From Vitrella brassicaformis CCMP3155 (taxonomy: Eukaryota; Protista; Chromerida): 64,000 nucleotides of DNA. A program made the translations under genes and the position numbers. The stretch spans positions 1 to 64,000 of the forward strand of contig CDMY01000490.1 of NCBI GenBank assembly GCA_001179505.1, read 5' to 3'. Below, one piece after another: positions 24,256 through 39,457 of the stretch (position 1 is the stretch's first letter; each line of letters begins with the position of its first letter). The notes under the pieces were generated by a model. That model saw only the letters and a program-made list of their open reading frames with translations, was not told where the DNA came from and made no database searches.

Positions 24256-26461
24256 TATATACAATTCAAATTCAGCACCATACACTCACAACGCACACAC
24301 ACCACTGACACCTTAGGTCCAACTCACACGCCCACCAGTCACCCAACAACACAACACACCAACACACCAACCACCAAGGTCCATCCATGCACTCTTACCA
24401 CCGAGCTAAAAATCACGGCCACCCTCCCTCCCTCTCTCCCCCCAGTTTGTTTGTGTCTGCGTGTCTGCGGTGAACGCTATTGTGCACTGCGCTGCACTCG
24501 TGCGAGAATCAATCAATGAAACGACAAAGTCCCCCCCTCCCCCCTCCCCCTTCCCGCAATCGACACGCACGACGGCCATGAAAAAGACAGACAGACAGAC
24601 AGGTAGACGGACGGACGGACGTAAAGTGGCTGGCTGATGCAGCAGTACGAGTAGGTTGGAGTATTAGTGATATTGCAGTAGCACAGCAGCCAGCCAAGCC
24701 ATCGGGCCCCGAGGAAAAAATACGCACAGACAGACCAAACGCATCTCTGTTCTCTCCTTGCTTCTTTCGTTTTTTCTGCGCTGCGATGCTTTCCTTGGTG
24801 CACTGAAGTGCACTGCATCCCCCGACGGCCAGCCAGGCAGGTCAAAGGTCGTCCGTCAACGATGCTGTGACCCACCTATCCTACCGCCCAGAGACACAGC
24901 GCATACAACGGAAACGCAGCCCGCACCATGGTTGCCAATCCAACGAAACAGACAGACAGACATTCACGGTGAAGCGCATGGCACGGGTGGGCGGAAGAAG
25001 ACAGACAGACAGACAGACATGGCGACATGGCGGCTGGACAGTGAGTTTGTCGGTGTGGTGTGTGGTGTCGCGTCACTCTCTAAGGCCTAAACACATCAAT
25101 GCAATCCAATCCAATCCAATCCAATGTAATGCCATGTATGCAGGAAGCACCAACCAGAGACACATACCCCCACACCCATGGATAAGGTGGATGCGCACAC
25201 ACGCAGGAATATCATCAGCGCGAGCAAAAAGGCCCACATGGTGCACACCACCACCACCATCACGAGCAGCAGCAGCAGCAGCACGGCTAGAGGGGGGGTA
25301 TGTGCGTTTGCAGGTCACATGAGGTTGGGGTGGGGGGAGGGGGGGGGAGGGGACACAGACGCAATTAGAGAGTGGGTGGGGAAGAGAGAGAGGTGCCTGG
25401 GTGGGCTCGCTACACAGTCAGGTGAGGCGTGTGACGACGGACAACGGTACAAAAGCAGGAAGAAACACATACACGTGGGTCGGGTGCGTGGGTGTTGGCC
25501 ACCTACCAGTTAGTTACTCGCTTGTCATAAATCGGTGCCTGTAGACATTTCTTTCACGAGTCTTCCATCCATCCATCCATCCATTTGATAAGAGTCCGCT
25601 GCCACCCTCACCCGTGTTGTCTGTCCTCTGCGCCAGCCAGCCAGCGCAACTCGCTACGCCCACCCCGCCCTTGAAACGTCCAGCCCCCCTCCTGACTGCC
25701 TGCCTGCCTGCCCCGCGACCACGGATGGTATAAAAATGGGCGCATGGGTGGGTGGACCGATGTGCGAGAGTGTGATGCATGTGACTGACGGTGAGAGACA
25801 GAGAGAAGAAACATCCCATCCGGCCCCCCTCCGTCCCTCTCTGCGGGTGACCCACTCGGTGGCATGACCGACATGCCGGGCTGCGGGTATGCAGCAGAAC
25901 GAACGAATGAACGAGCGAGCGAACGAACGAATACGCACCAAAAATCCGGTGTGTCACGTGCAGTGCAACAAACACGACACTCACTGCCTGGCTGCATCGA
26001 CAGAAACAATGTGGGCACATGGGGTGGGTGGGGCAACTCGTGTGCGCCGTCTCTGATCCATCACAATAATAACACAACAACACAACACACGACACGACAC
26101 GAACACCGCGGCACGACCCGACCGTCCATGAATGCTTCTCTCCTCTAGACTCAGCAGACAGCAGACAGACAGGAGGGGAGGGGGCAACGACAGACAGACA
26201 GACAGCCAGCCAGCCAGCCGACCGACCGTAGAGGTGAGAGCGCACAAGTGAGTGAGCAGATACAAATAGGCCCTCACAGCGCACTCACTCGCTCACTCAC
26301 TCACTCATCCACTCACTCACTCACTCACTTCACACCACGCACAAGAAAAAAACCCATGAATGAATGAAAGGCTCCACACAACACGCCAACCGAGCGCACA
26401 CACAGACAGACACGGTCCACCACGCATCCCCCCTCCCTCCCTCCCTCCCTCCTCGCCCTAT

Positions 26462-27490
26462 CTAGCCATCCACCCTATCGACGCGCATCAGCTGGTGGTG
26501 GGCATGTGCATGTGCGTGTGGGTGGGGGAGCGGGGGTTTGTGTGCGTTGGGGACCGACGAACTTGGTGGCGGGAAGTGGACGCCCGAGAGGCTCTGCTTC
26601 CGGATCATGTCAAGACAGTGGGACAGTAGGGGTGAGGTGGAGAACTGGTAGGCCGCCGGGTCGGCCGTCGTGTCGATGGCCGCCCCCTCGTCGCTGTAGA
26701 CGTCCTGCTCCGAGCCGCCCCCGCCGTAGATGGGCGGCTCGATGCGGCCGTACCCTCCCATACCCACACCCACACCGACACCCACGCCCATCCCCGACTC
26801 CTTGCCGGCTGCCCCACCCCCTGCCGCTTGGTCATGGTCGTCGTCTGTGATGTCGAGCCTGAATTGGCACTCGAGGTCCTCGTCGCCGTCGATGTCCAGG
26901 TCGAAGTCGTCAGAGTGCTGGTGGTGCCCGTGGTGGCCGTGGGCAGAGGGGTCGAACTCCTCGTCGATGCACGGCGGATAGTGGCCGTCCTGGCTGTCCG
27001 TCGTGGATGTGGGAACCGTACTGTGAACCACACACGAAGGCAGAGAGCGCAAAACGAGAGAATGAGATGGTCCGTTCTGTCTTGCCCCCGCGTGTCTGTC
27101 TCGGCATGCACGTATCGTGTCCCCATGTGTGTTGTCGGCTTACCACCTGCTCGACGGCAGCCTGAGGTAGTCATGGTTGGCCGGTGCCGACGACGACAGG
27201 GCAATAGAGAACCCCCCCTCCTCCTCGCGTGTGGTCTCCAGTGGCGCACCACCCGCACCCCCACCGCCCCGCTTGCCTCCATCGCCGTGTTGCTGGTGCT
27301 GCAGCCGCGCGGGGAAGTGCTTGCCGGCCTCCTCAAATGAGGGAGGCAGCTCGAACTTTGGCGGCGAGCCGGGAGGCTGGATTGGCCGCGGCTCGGGACG
27401 CACCGGCGGGTCCAGAGGGCATATGTCTATCGTGGCGGAACGGGGACGACCAGACACCTTCAAATGCACCGACGACGACGACGACGCCAT
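26462..27490 (-). CDS. Hypothetical low-complexity protein, two exons
   Basis: ORF 27490-~27150 ends at a GT donor and ORF ~27021-26462 begins after an AG acceptor. Coding-like composition; no domain recognised. Confidence 0.55.
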
Positions 27491-27713
27491 AGTTACTGGC
27501 TCGTGACGACACGCAACGGGCTAGCAACGGACGGGAAGAGTCAAACAATGGCACCGGGGTGATGATATCTCGTGAAGAGGGTCACTCCATCCTTGCGGTT
27601 CTTCCTGACACCGGATTTTTGCGAGCTTGGATATCAGCTCGCTCGGCTCTCGTGTGCGGAGTGATCCTTTCTCTGAAGAAGAGCCGCACGTCAAGATCTT
27701 CCCAGCTGTGGCG

Positions 27714-28623
27714 ATGGTTGACGAGACTGTGACATTGCCCCAGCCGCCGGCAGAGGTGGCCGAGTCGCCCTTCATTCTCCTCTGCAACGAGTGGATCCGA
27801 TACACATCAGAGGCCTTCATGGCCAGGCAACAACAGCAGCAGCAGCAACAAACAGACAGTAAGTCAAATCCTGGCGCTGCCGCTGACGGCACCACCGACG
27901 GGCGGCCAGTTGCGGCGGGAGCGGGCGAGGGGTCTTCCTCTTCATCGTCACCATCATCCTTATCGTCAGCTGATGTTGATGGTGTCATGGTGGCCTTGGA
28001 AGAGATGGGCTTCATGCTGGGAGGGAAGATCGTCGAGAGGTGGGGCTCGTGTAAGGCAAGGCAAGGCAGGAGCAGACAGAACAGAGATGGATTGTGGCTC
28101 GCTGTTGCATCGCCTTGTGCGTGTGTGTATGGTTGTGTGTTTGGTTGTTGTCTTGTTGTGTGATGTGTGACGTGTGATATGGTTGTCTGTCAGGTTGACG
28201 GCGTCGCGTTCCCGTCTGCAGGACGAGAAGGACATTGTCAAGTTCATCTGCAAGGACCTCTGGAACTACCTCTTCCACAAGCAGGCCGACCGACTGCAGA
28301 CCAACCGCAGGGTGGGTGGGGCAACAGACCACACACAGCACAGCACAGCACAGCCTTCCATCCTGCCTGCCCTCTCTGTCTGACCTCTCGATTCGCTCGC
28401 ACGTCAGGGCGGTTATGTGATCCAGGACAACACCCTCCGGTGGTTGCGCCATATGCCGCCGATGCCCGACACGGCTCCGCCCCACAAGCGGCCGATGGCG
28501 CCCGTGTCGGTCATCTGCGGCATCATCAGGGGCGCCCTCACCCACCTGGGGCTGTCCGCCAGTGTGTCGGCCAGCGTGGCGGAGCCGCCCTGTTGCAGCT
28601 TCTCCATCAAGATTCCGTCATGA
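27714..28623 (+). CDS. TRAPPC6: TRAPP complex subunit 6 (Trs33)
   Basis: Exons encode LEEMGFMLGGKIVERL, DIVKFICKDLWNYLFHKQADRLQTNRRGGYVIQDN and CGIIRGALTHLG. Confidence 0.93.
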
Positions 28624-28772
28624 TGCGCCGTCCGTCCACTGATGTAGATGTTGAGGGGGTCTGGGCGGAGGGGTTACACACAGACGGTGACTGCATTGCA
28701 ACGGAACAGTGAGAGAACGGGTCTGTGCTTTTTCGGTGTGGATGGATGTTGACAGGCAACTGATGGATAAGT
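28622..28772 (+). repeat. ~150-170-bp direct repeat, copy 1
   Basis: gatgcgccgtc...ctgatgtagatgttg...gtctgggcggaggggttaca...aacgggtctgtgctttttcggtgtg...tgttgacaggcaa..gatggataagt is shared with 30303-30475. Confidence 0.88.
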
Positions 28773-28884
28773 GTTGCATGTTAGGGTGCGTGTTTTCATG
28801 CTGGACACAGACCGACACGGGAGTTGGCCGTCAAGCCGCCTAGGGTGCTCCATGAAACTGCTGCCTGAGCTGCAGAAGACATAC

Positions 28885-29850
28885 ATGCTTTTTGCGTTGT
28901 CTGTGTTGCTGAAACTAGCTCTTGTGGCCAGCGCCCTTGGCCGCAGAGTGCACACGCCTGCGTTCGCTCCGTTGTCTGTGAGAGGCCCGATCTTGTTTCA
29001 GGCTCGGGGCAGAGGGAACGCTGGCCGACCGCAAGCGCTCAATGCCCAGTGGCTCACAGGCTTTGTGGAAGAAGTGAAAAAGCTGTTGCCTTCTCACGCA
29101 GGATCTCATCATTCACAGTGTGAGATGACGAAGAAACCACAAGAAATCATGTGTGTGTGTGTGTGTGAGGTGCAGCCTCTACTGCGCCTGAAGCCGTGGA
29201 CACAGCCCTCGACGTGCTGGATTCTGACGCAGAAGCTCTGTTTCCCCCTTCCCCGCAGCGTGGCCCGCTGCCGAAGCTGACACTGTCGGATGCCTTCCTC
29301 GATCAGTGGGAGTATTGGCACGGAGACTGGACTCTCGGCTGGAAGTACACACACGCGCGCGCGCACACACACGCACTCGCCAAGCCAAGCCAGCCACCGT
29401 ATGTGTGTCTCCACCGTGTGTGTCATCATGTCTGTCAACAGGAAGGCCTTCTCATTCAAGGGCGAGCAGGACGACATGAACCTGCTCTACTTCGTGTGGC
29501 CCCTCTTGATGGAGGTGATGCGGCTCAGCGGCGGGCGCATCCGCATCTGGCTTGAGCACGACCCATTCGGCCACCGCTTCAAGCACTTCATGATCGAAAA
29601 AGACGGAGAAGAGGCCGACCCCTCAGGCGGCCACCTTTTTCATCTTGTCTTCGGCAGAGACCCCAGTGTGACGGCGCGGGACTCCATCGAGAAGCAGCTT
29701 GCCGCTATGGACCTCCCTTACGGCGCAACCACGAGAGGCACCACCACCTGGTACTTCTTCAAGCACCACCGCAGCAGCGGTGAGGTCGAGAAGATCAAGA
29801 GGTTCTTCCTCCCCGACGAGCCACAGGAGGTGGTCGACTTCCTCGTCTGA
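28885..29850 (+). CDS. Hypothetical protein with a signal peptide and possible plastid transit peptide; multi-exon
   Basis: N-terminus MLFALSVLLKLALVASALG-RRVHTPAFAPLS. The exons at ~29170-29344 and ~29442-29850 have coding-like composition. Confidence 0.6.
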
Positions 29851-30302
29851 TGTCTCAACCAGGGCGAGAAGGAGACCCGAGAGAGGGAGGAGGGAGATGA
29901 AGAAAGAAACAAACGGAACAAGGACAAACAAGGCGGCCCTGACGAGGGCCTGCATACCATCCAGGAAGAGGCAGGCCTCGAGAGGGAGCTAGAGCACCAG
30001 CCAGGCGACTGGCGGACAGACGGGAGGCAGGGAGGGAGAGAGGGAGGGGATAGAGGCACAGAGGGGGGTCGGTCAGATGTCTGAATCAGTGAGTGCAGCA
30101 TAAACAAACTGGTAGGCATATGTGTGTGTGTGCATCTCGCTGCTGGCAGTGAGATGCAGTGCAATCAGCCTCTGTCTTTTTGCGTAGGTGCGTGATTCGC
30201 TGTTCAGACAGAGGCTGGCTGCCTGGTGTGTTGTGGTTTTTGTGTGTCAGCGTGACAGACAATTGCTTGGCTTAGTTGCTGCTGGTTTGTTCGTTGACAC
30301 AC

Positions 30303-30475
30303 GATGCGCCGTCGGTGCACTCACTGATGTAGATGTTGGGGGGGGTCTGGGCGGAGGGGTTACATACCATGCAGACGGTGATCGATTGCATCACAACGGA
30401 ACAGTGAGGGAACGGGTCTGTGCTTTTTCGGTGTGCTTATTCGGTGTGGGTGTTGACAGGCAATGATGGATAAGT
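30303..30475 (+). repeat. ~150-170-bp direct repeat, copy 2
   Basis: Homologous to 28622-28772 with small indels. Confidence 0.88.
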
Positions 30476-31022
30476 CAGTCAGTCAGTGAGTGAAATGGAC
30501 GGAGTGCTCTGCTCCCAGCTAACTTTACAGATGTGGCTGGCTGCTCTGTGAGTCAGTCGTTGGAGAGAGGCAGGCAGGGAAGCGGGTATTACCTCCTGCC
30601 TCCCTGCCTACCTTGCCNNNNNNNNNNNNNNNNNNNNNNNNNNNNNNNNNNNNNNNNNNNNNNNNNNNNNNNNNNNNNNNNNNNNNNNNNNNNNNNNNNN
30701 NNNNNNNNNNNNNNNNNNNNNNNNNNNNNNNNNNNNNNNNNNNNNNNNNNNNNNNNNNNNNNNNNNNNNNNNNNNNNNNNNNNNNNNNNNNNNNNNNNNN
30801 NNNNNNNNNNNNNNNNNNNNNNNNNNNNNNNNNNNNNNNNNNNNNNNNNNNNNNNNNNNNNNNNNNNNNNNNNNNNNNNNNNNNNNNNNNNNNNNNNNNN
30901 NNNNNNNNNNNNNNNNNCCTCCTGCCTCCCTGCCTACCTTGCCCCGCCATGTCACAGAGCAGCCAGCCACAGCCACACACATGGCGGCCAGACATGTGTG
31001 AAGGTACCTACCTACCTGTGCA

Positions 31023-32275
31023 TCATGACCTGTGGACCTTGAACGAATGCTGACCACACAGACAGCAACCAACAGCAATCACACAACGCAACGCATCCAT
31101 CCATCCATCCATCCCATGCCCGTGTCGGGTACGTGTGTGTGTGTGTGTCTTACCGAAAGGTTATAGATGCCTACGGAGAGGTCCTTGTTCTGATATCAAT
31201 ACATCAATCACACGAGAGAACCCGCACGCACACACGCACGAATGAATGAATGAATGAAGGAATCGCTGACGGAACGAGTCACAATCGTTGCTGACTGACC
31301 CACGCCACGCACCTCATCGTAGTCGCACCACTCCGTGTTGTCGAACTCGATATCCTGATAGACACACACACAGTGTCACACATTCAGATTTGGCACACGC
31401 TGCCTGCGTGTCGGTGAGGGCGTGTGCTGTGCGGGACCTGGAATACTTTGCCGCCGGTGCTCTTGACGGTATAGCCGCCCTGAGGATGCCACACCACCGG
31501 CTCAACACTGACACCAACCAACCAACACCCATGATTCAACGCACGTGAATCGAAGCCGTCTGCTGGCTGGCTGGCCTGGCCTGGCGTGGCGTACCCTCTG
31601 CATTCGAATGCGACGATGGGCACCTCCTTGCCCGAGTCATCGGCCGTGTAGTCGCGCGTCACACCCTTGATCTGATTGATGCACACACAGATGAGAGAGA
31701 TGCATCCATCGATGGAATGAAATGCATACAGCCCAAGACAGGCAGACGGGCCATTTTAGTGAGTGATTCCCTCCCTCCCTCACGTGTTGGACATTCATGC
31801 TGGACTGGCTCTTGCCGCCCCACCGAACCACAAAGTTGCACGTGCTGAAAGAAAGAGTGACGCATATGCAGGCAGCACTTTGAATGAAAGCGACAGACAT
31901 CTGTTCGCTCATCGATTGGCCCACCCTCGGCTGCCCGCCATCTCGAACTCATCTGCAGTCAGCGTAACACACATACACGCACAAGCGGCTGGAATGGGCG
32001 GGCCTGGACGCTTGCTTCATTTGCAGTGTCTGGGCTGACCTAGTGGGTTGACGGTGATGCGCTCCCGCATCTCCTCGCCGCTCGACTGCTTCACTGCACA
32101 TCAAAGCGAGAGGCAGGTGAAGCAGCACACATCTGCATGGATGGATGGATGGATAAGGATTGCTTTGTGTTCCATCAGTGCGCCCACCGTCGAGGCACCA
32201 GATGTGCTCCCTCGGGACGGAGAAGCTCTCGACGTTCTCAAGGTCAGCTTTGATGCAGAGCATTATCACCACCAT
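31023..32275 (-). CDS. CZIB: CXXC-motif zinc-binding protein family (DUF866/UPF0587)
   Basis: Exons encode MVVIMLCIKADLENV, DEFEMAGSRG, CNFVVRW, YTADDSGKEVPIVAFECRGVEP, YTVKSTGGKVF and TEWCDYDE. Confidence 0.88.
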
Positions 32276-32310
32276 ACTTGACGGTGGCACTGGGCCGCAG
32301 CAGCCTCTAG

Positions 32311-32331
32311 AGGGTCTAGGGTCTAGGGTTT
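32311..32331. promoter_or_regulatory. Telomere-like 7-mer triplet in the CZIB/SRP14 bidirectional promoter
   Basis: agggtct-agggtct-agggttt. Confidence 0.45.
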
Positions 32332-32580
32332 GCTCTCTTAGCTCGCAAAATTGACCAAAGGCAAGCGGAGAAACGACACCCAACCAACCTTCCCGATGCC
32401 GTGACGATGGAAGACTGAGATCTGGTGCGCAAAGGTCGCTGTGTCACTCACGAATGAAGTGAGTGAGCACTTGATCTTCTCGAGTGTTGTGTGGCGTGGT
32501 GCAGGCCCATCAAATCGCGCATCCTCCCTTCACTTACCACCCATCCCCCTTCATCCGGTCCATCTATCTATCTATCGGCG

Positions 32581-33075
32581 ATGCCCCAGTTCATCGATGA
32601 AGAGGCCTTCCTTGTGGAGCTCGGCAAGCTCTATGCCAAGACACGCACACAGGGCAGCGTGTGGCTGTGGTGCAAACAGCACTTCGAGAACGTCCAGCAC
32701 AAGAAGCGCAAGCCCGTCGACCCGGAGGCCCTCGCCATGGCGCCGCCCTCATGCATCATCCGCGCATCGGACGGCTCCCGGACCATCTCGTGCATCGTGC
32801 CCAGCGAGAGGGTGGGTCCGTTCTCGGCGAGCGTCAACAACGTGATGCGATACAACTTCGACGGCCTCAAGAGGGCGGCGGGTGGGAAGGGAGCCAAGAA
32901 GGTCAATGAGAAGAAGAAAAAACGGAAGCGCGGGAGCGGCGGGAGGAAGGCCAGGGAGAGGGGCAAGGCTAAGGACGGCAAGAAGGAGGGCCAGGGAGAG
33001 GACAACAATGGCAAAGGGGGGGGAGAGGGAGAAAGAGAGGGAGAGGGCGCGGGAGAGGGGGAGGCCAACCAGTGA
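32581..33075 (+). CDS. SRP14: Signal recognition particle 14 kDa subunit with a charged C-terminal tail; intronless CDS
   Basis: EAFLVELGKLYAKTRTQGSVWL, CIIRASDGSRTISCIV and FSASVNNVMRYNFDGLKR followed by KKKKRK. Confidence 0.9.
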   Translation: MPQFIDEEAFLVELGKLYAKTRTQGSVWLWCKQHFENVQHKKRKPVDPEALAMAPPSCIIRASDGSRTISCIVPSERVGPFSASVNNVMRYNFDGLKRAAGGKGAKKVNEKKKKRKRGSGGRKARERGKAKDGKKEGQGEDNNGKGGGEGEREGEGAGEGEANQ

Positions 33076-33352
33076 AGCGAGCGAGTGCTTGAGAAGCAGG
33101 TAGCAAGGATGTGTGGCCGTCTGGTTGGCTTGCTTGCGTGGCTGTCCATCAATGAGATGACCCATTCATGGATTGAATACGTGAATGAATCGATCGATGA
33201 ATGAATGAATGACTTGCTCGCTGGTCCTTCAGTGACTGACTGACAGTGCAATGCCGCACTCACATGAAACCACACCAGACCAACAGGCCGCTCTCGCACA
33301 TCCGATCCGCTCACACACAAACCATTTCACATTCATCCATCCATTCATTCAG

Positions 33353-34576
33353 CTACGTGCCTCTCATCATCCGCCCTCTCGGTGGTGGAGGCGCCTCAGG
33401 GTCGTTGGCAAGCCTCTCGACGAACTTGTCTTGGTTGAATGTGAGCAGCTCCTGTTGCGGCGCCGGCAGCAGCGAGGCCACCCCGTCCCAGTAGCTCGAT
33501 GGCGGGATGAGGTTGAACAGCAGCTTGGCGAGGAACTTGACGGGCCGCGACTGCACCAGAAACACCAGCGGCACGCACATAAGGAACAGACGGCGCTTCT
33601 GCTCCTCGCTGGGTGTGCTGCCCGACGATGATCCCCCAGAAGGGCCGAACCGCCACAGCACCAGCAGTAGGGCCGCCAGGCGAATGGTCGACGCCCAGTG
33701 GATGTCCAGATTCAGCTGCACAAACCGATGCAGCCGCCCTTGCAGCGATCGGGGCCGCCTGGGGTAGTGCACCACTGCTTCTGGGAAGGCCTGGAGGGGC
33801 GGGGGAGCGGTGGGATGGTCGGTGCTCTCGCCTTCTTCATTCTGCTGGCTGCCCTCAGGACTTGTGGGCGGTCTTGCCTTCTTCTGCTTGGTCATGTGTT
33901 GCTGCTCCATAGCTTCCTCGAGAGCACGATAGGTGTCGCGAAAACGGGCGATGAGCATGACGCCTGACGACTCGTCGCCCTTTAGCTCATCCCCCAGACC
34001 ATCGGTGTCCGACACGTCCTCTCCACTGTCAGCACCGCTGGCCCGCCGCCACAGTGCGGCATAGTACTGCAGGGCAGCCAGGTGAGCCGACAACGCAGCC
34101 CGCTTCTCCTCCTCGTTCATCTTCGACACCACCATCTTGCCTTGTGTCTGATCGACGGGCGGCACCATGTCCAGCAGCACCGTGGCAGGCTCGTCCGCTG
34201 ACAGGTCGTCAATCACATCCGCGAGGTCCATGTCGTCATCCTTCAGGGCCTGGCTGCCCACAAACAGCCGCTGGAGTGTCGCAGGCGGTTTCCCGGGGTA
34301 GCTCTGTTCGATGGCTGCCTTGAGGGACCGGACCAACGTGTCGTGAGGGGACAGGGTGATCAGCTGCTTGTGATCCAGATATCGGCTGCCGGACGCTGTC
34401 GTCACGACCAGACGCACATCGGCCGCCAGGGAGCAGCGGAACAGGAAAGCGGAGACGGTGCAGAGGAACACGCGAAGCGCGGGGAAGGGTATAGCACTCC
34501 TGGATGAGCAAGATGCGCCGCAGCGTGGATCTGCAGCAGCATCGCCATTATGGATCCACCCATTTATCGTCGGCAT
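33353..34576 (-). CDS. Signal peptide + ubiquitin-like domain + C-terminal transmembrane protein (PUBL/HERP-like); intronless
   Basis: Hydrophobic ALRVFLCTVSAFLFRCSLAA precedes the Ubl-like VRSLKAAIEQSYPGKPPATLQRLFVGSQALKDD. Two hydrophobic segments lie near the C-terminus. The start codon choice (34576) is inferred. Confidence 0.65.
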   Translation of the reverse strand: MPTINGWIHNGDAAADPRCGASCSSRSAIPFPALRVFLCTVSAFLFRCSLAADVRLVVTTASGSRYLDHKQLITLSPHDTLVRSLKAAIEQSYPGKPPATLQRLFVGSQALKDDDMDLADVIDDLSADEPATVLLDMVPPVDQTQGKMVVSKMNEEEKRAALSAHLAALQYYAALWRRASGADSGEDVSDTDGLGDELKGDESSGVMLIARFRDTYRALEEAMEQQHMTKQKKARPPTSPEGSQQNEEGESTDHPTAPPPLQAFPEAVVHYPRRPRSLQGRLHRFVQLNLDIHWASTIRLAALLLVLWRFGPSGGSSSGSTPSEEQKRRLFLMCVPLVFLVQSRPVKFLAKLLFNLIPPSSYWDGVASLLPAPQQELLTFNQDKFVERLANDPEAPPPPRGRMMRGT

Positions 34577-34882
34577 GGGGGGCGTCAGAATCAATGCAGC
34601 TGGCTCAATTGTGCCATAGATCCACGATGGAAGGGAAGGGCCTCTGGGCGACAGAACCGCTGCGAGCTTGAAAACGATCCACAATGCGAGCTCAGCCTGC
34701 AGCTGCTCGTCGAGAAGAAGACTCGCCACGGTCACAACCCGCGCGGGACGGTATCCTGAAGCAGATCCAGCAAACAGGCGAGTCGAGTGTCGACGTCAAC
34801 AAGACTCTTGAACCTTCCCTCGCGTCTTGATCCCGTCCAGGCATCCATCCATTTGGCTGCTCTGCCCAGCGCGACAGCCGAG

Positions 34883-36239
34883 ATGGGTCGTAACGCGAAG
34901 GTGACCCGCACGCTGGATTACCAGCGGCAGAAGAAGGCCCTCAAGGGCAAACCATGGAAGGTCTCGCGCCACAAGGAGGCACGGCAGCAGCTCAAGGCAC
35001 GACTCAAGGCAGAAAAGGGTAAACAAAAAGCAGACAGACAGACAGACAGACAGACAGACATCTCTCTGGGGCGCATTCGGATGCATATGAGTACAAATCA
35101 ATCGTCTCTCCTGGTCTCGCTCGTTTGTCATGCACTGTCATGTATTGTATATGTATGCAGTGTCCGCCCAAGATATGGAGGTGGAGCACGGACCTGACAA
35201 CCCTGTGGCGGCAACACCAGCACCAGCACCAACACCAACGTCAGCAGCAGCAGCAGCCGCTGCTACCCCACCAGAGAAGCAGAGCAAGAAGGTCTCCTCA
35301 AGTGGTCCGCATCGCCACTTCTTCATCCCCGTCACGGAGAGGTCGGCCGACAGCCGCAAGTTTGACCCATCACACCCATACAAACAGGTGGGTGCCGGGG
35401 AATGACTAGATAGAAGGGGAGAGGGCCACACGAACGTTGGCTGCGTGTGTCGTCCGTCAGTGCAATGACATCTTGGCTGGTTGCTTCACGGCCTCGGTGT
35501 GTCTGTCCTTCGGCGTCCGCGACAACGCCGACATCACAATGGTCTTTGGCGATGAGACCGAGGACAGGCGGCCGTCACTCACTCTCAAGCTCGACAACAA
35601 GTTCTACAGCGCACTCAGGGACCGGAACAAACGCGCCACAGAGCAGGTGTGTGCGGCTGGACGTGACCGTCCATCTTATGTGTGATTTCTCCATGTGTGT
35701 GTGTGTGTGGCCGTGCAGGCAGTGATATCTCTGATGCGCGAGGCCCTCACTGCCAGTGAGTCCCCTGTCAAGGGCGCGACGGTCGAGCGGCTGCCGGGGA
35801 GTGCGTCCTTCAAGGCCGTCTTCCAGCGGTTTGTGCGGGCGATAGATCCGGAGGGCACAGAGGGGAAGCTGTTGGTGGTCTTGAAGGAGGGAGGGGAGCC
35901 GATGCTCACATGGCTGGGGCGGGTGCAGCGGGGCGGCATGACCATCGGCAGCAAGTGGCCGCACCTCATTGTGCTCCTCGGCGCCCAACACGACGTGCCG
36001 CCAGAGGAGATGCAGGTGGGTGTGTCATGGCATACACACATGTGACATCAACGAAACGGGTGGGACGGGAAGGCTTCGCATCCATCTCTCGTGTGTGTGT
36101 GTATCAACAGGCGATTCGTGAGGTGTGTGTGAGTGAGAGGATTGACGTGCAGCCGTTGTCGCTCGGTCCCATGGCGATGCACGCAAAGGACTGCATCACT
36201 GTCTTCCAAAACTACCTGGACGTCGACCTGCAGACGTAG
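34883..36239 (+). CDS. TrmY/DUF358-like SPOUT methyltransferase with a basic N-terminal extension; five exons
   Basis: DILAGCFTASVCLSFGVRDNADITMVF, LLVVLKEGGE, LIVLLGAQHDVPPEE and SLGPMAMHAKDCITVFQNYLD match my recollection of the TrmY SAM-knot signature (SLGP..LHA..CI...HN.LD). Confidence 0.72.
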
Positions 36240-36553
36240 ATAGATGTCCAGACACACAGATGTGACAGACGGACGGACGGACGGACGGGTGGATTGGATC
36301 GAGTCTGGCTTAACGTATGCCATAGCCTTTTCGTGTGATGCGCCGTCGATGTGATGACTGGCCGGATGAATGGCAAATGCATTTGATCGTCTCTCTCTCG
36401 CGTAAGTTATGTATACGATGAATGTCATTTGCACATTCACACGCACAGCACATGACGTCATGTCACGTCAGGTCACGTCACACGCGGTCGCTGCGCTGCA
36501 CTGCACTGCACTGCACACACACTCGCATCTATCTACATCATAGCTGAGTCCAA

Positions 36554-39292
<2,739 letters not shown>

Positions 39293-39457
39293 CAGATCGG
39301 CATCGTCACATCTGCGGACATAAATCTGCCGCATGCACGATCAGAGAGCAGCAAGGCATCAGTGCTTTGTCGGCGTCTATGCGGTCGGCCTACCTCTGTC
39401 GAGTTTCTCTGTGCGGAGCAGCCTGAACCATCGATCACCACAGATATCGTTCATAGA

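Noticed and set aside
30592-30944. Identical sequence (cctcctgcctccctgcctaccttgcc) on both sides of the N gap
   Set aside because: Most likely a contig overlap left unmerged by scaffolding, not a real repeat.
33353-34735. 460-aa ORF starting at 34735
   Set aside because: It begins at a non-ATG codon and runs through the promoter region. The ATG at 34576, followed by a signal peptide, is more plausible.
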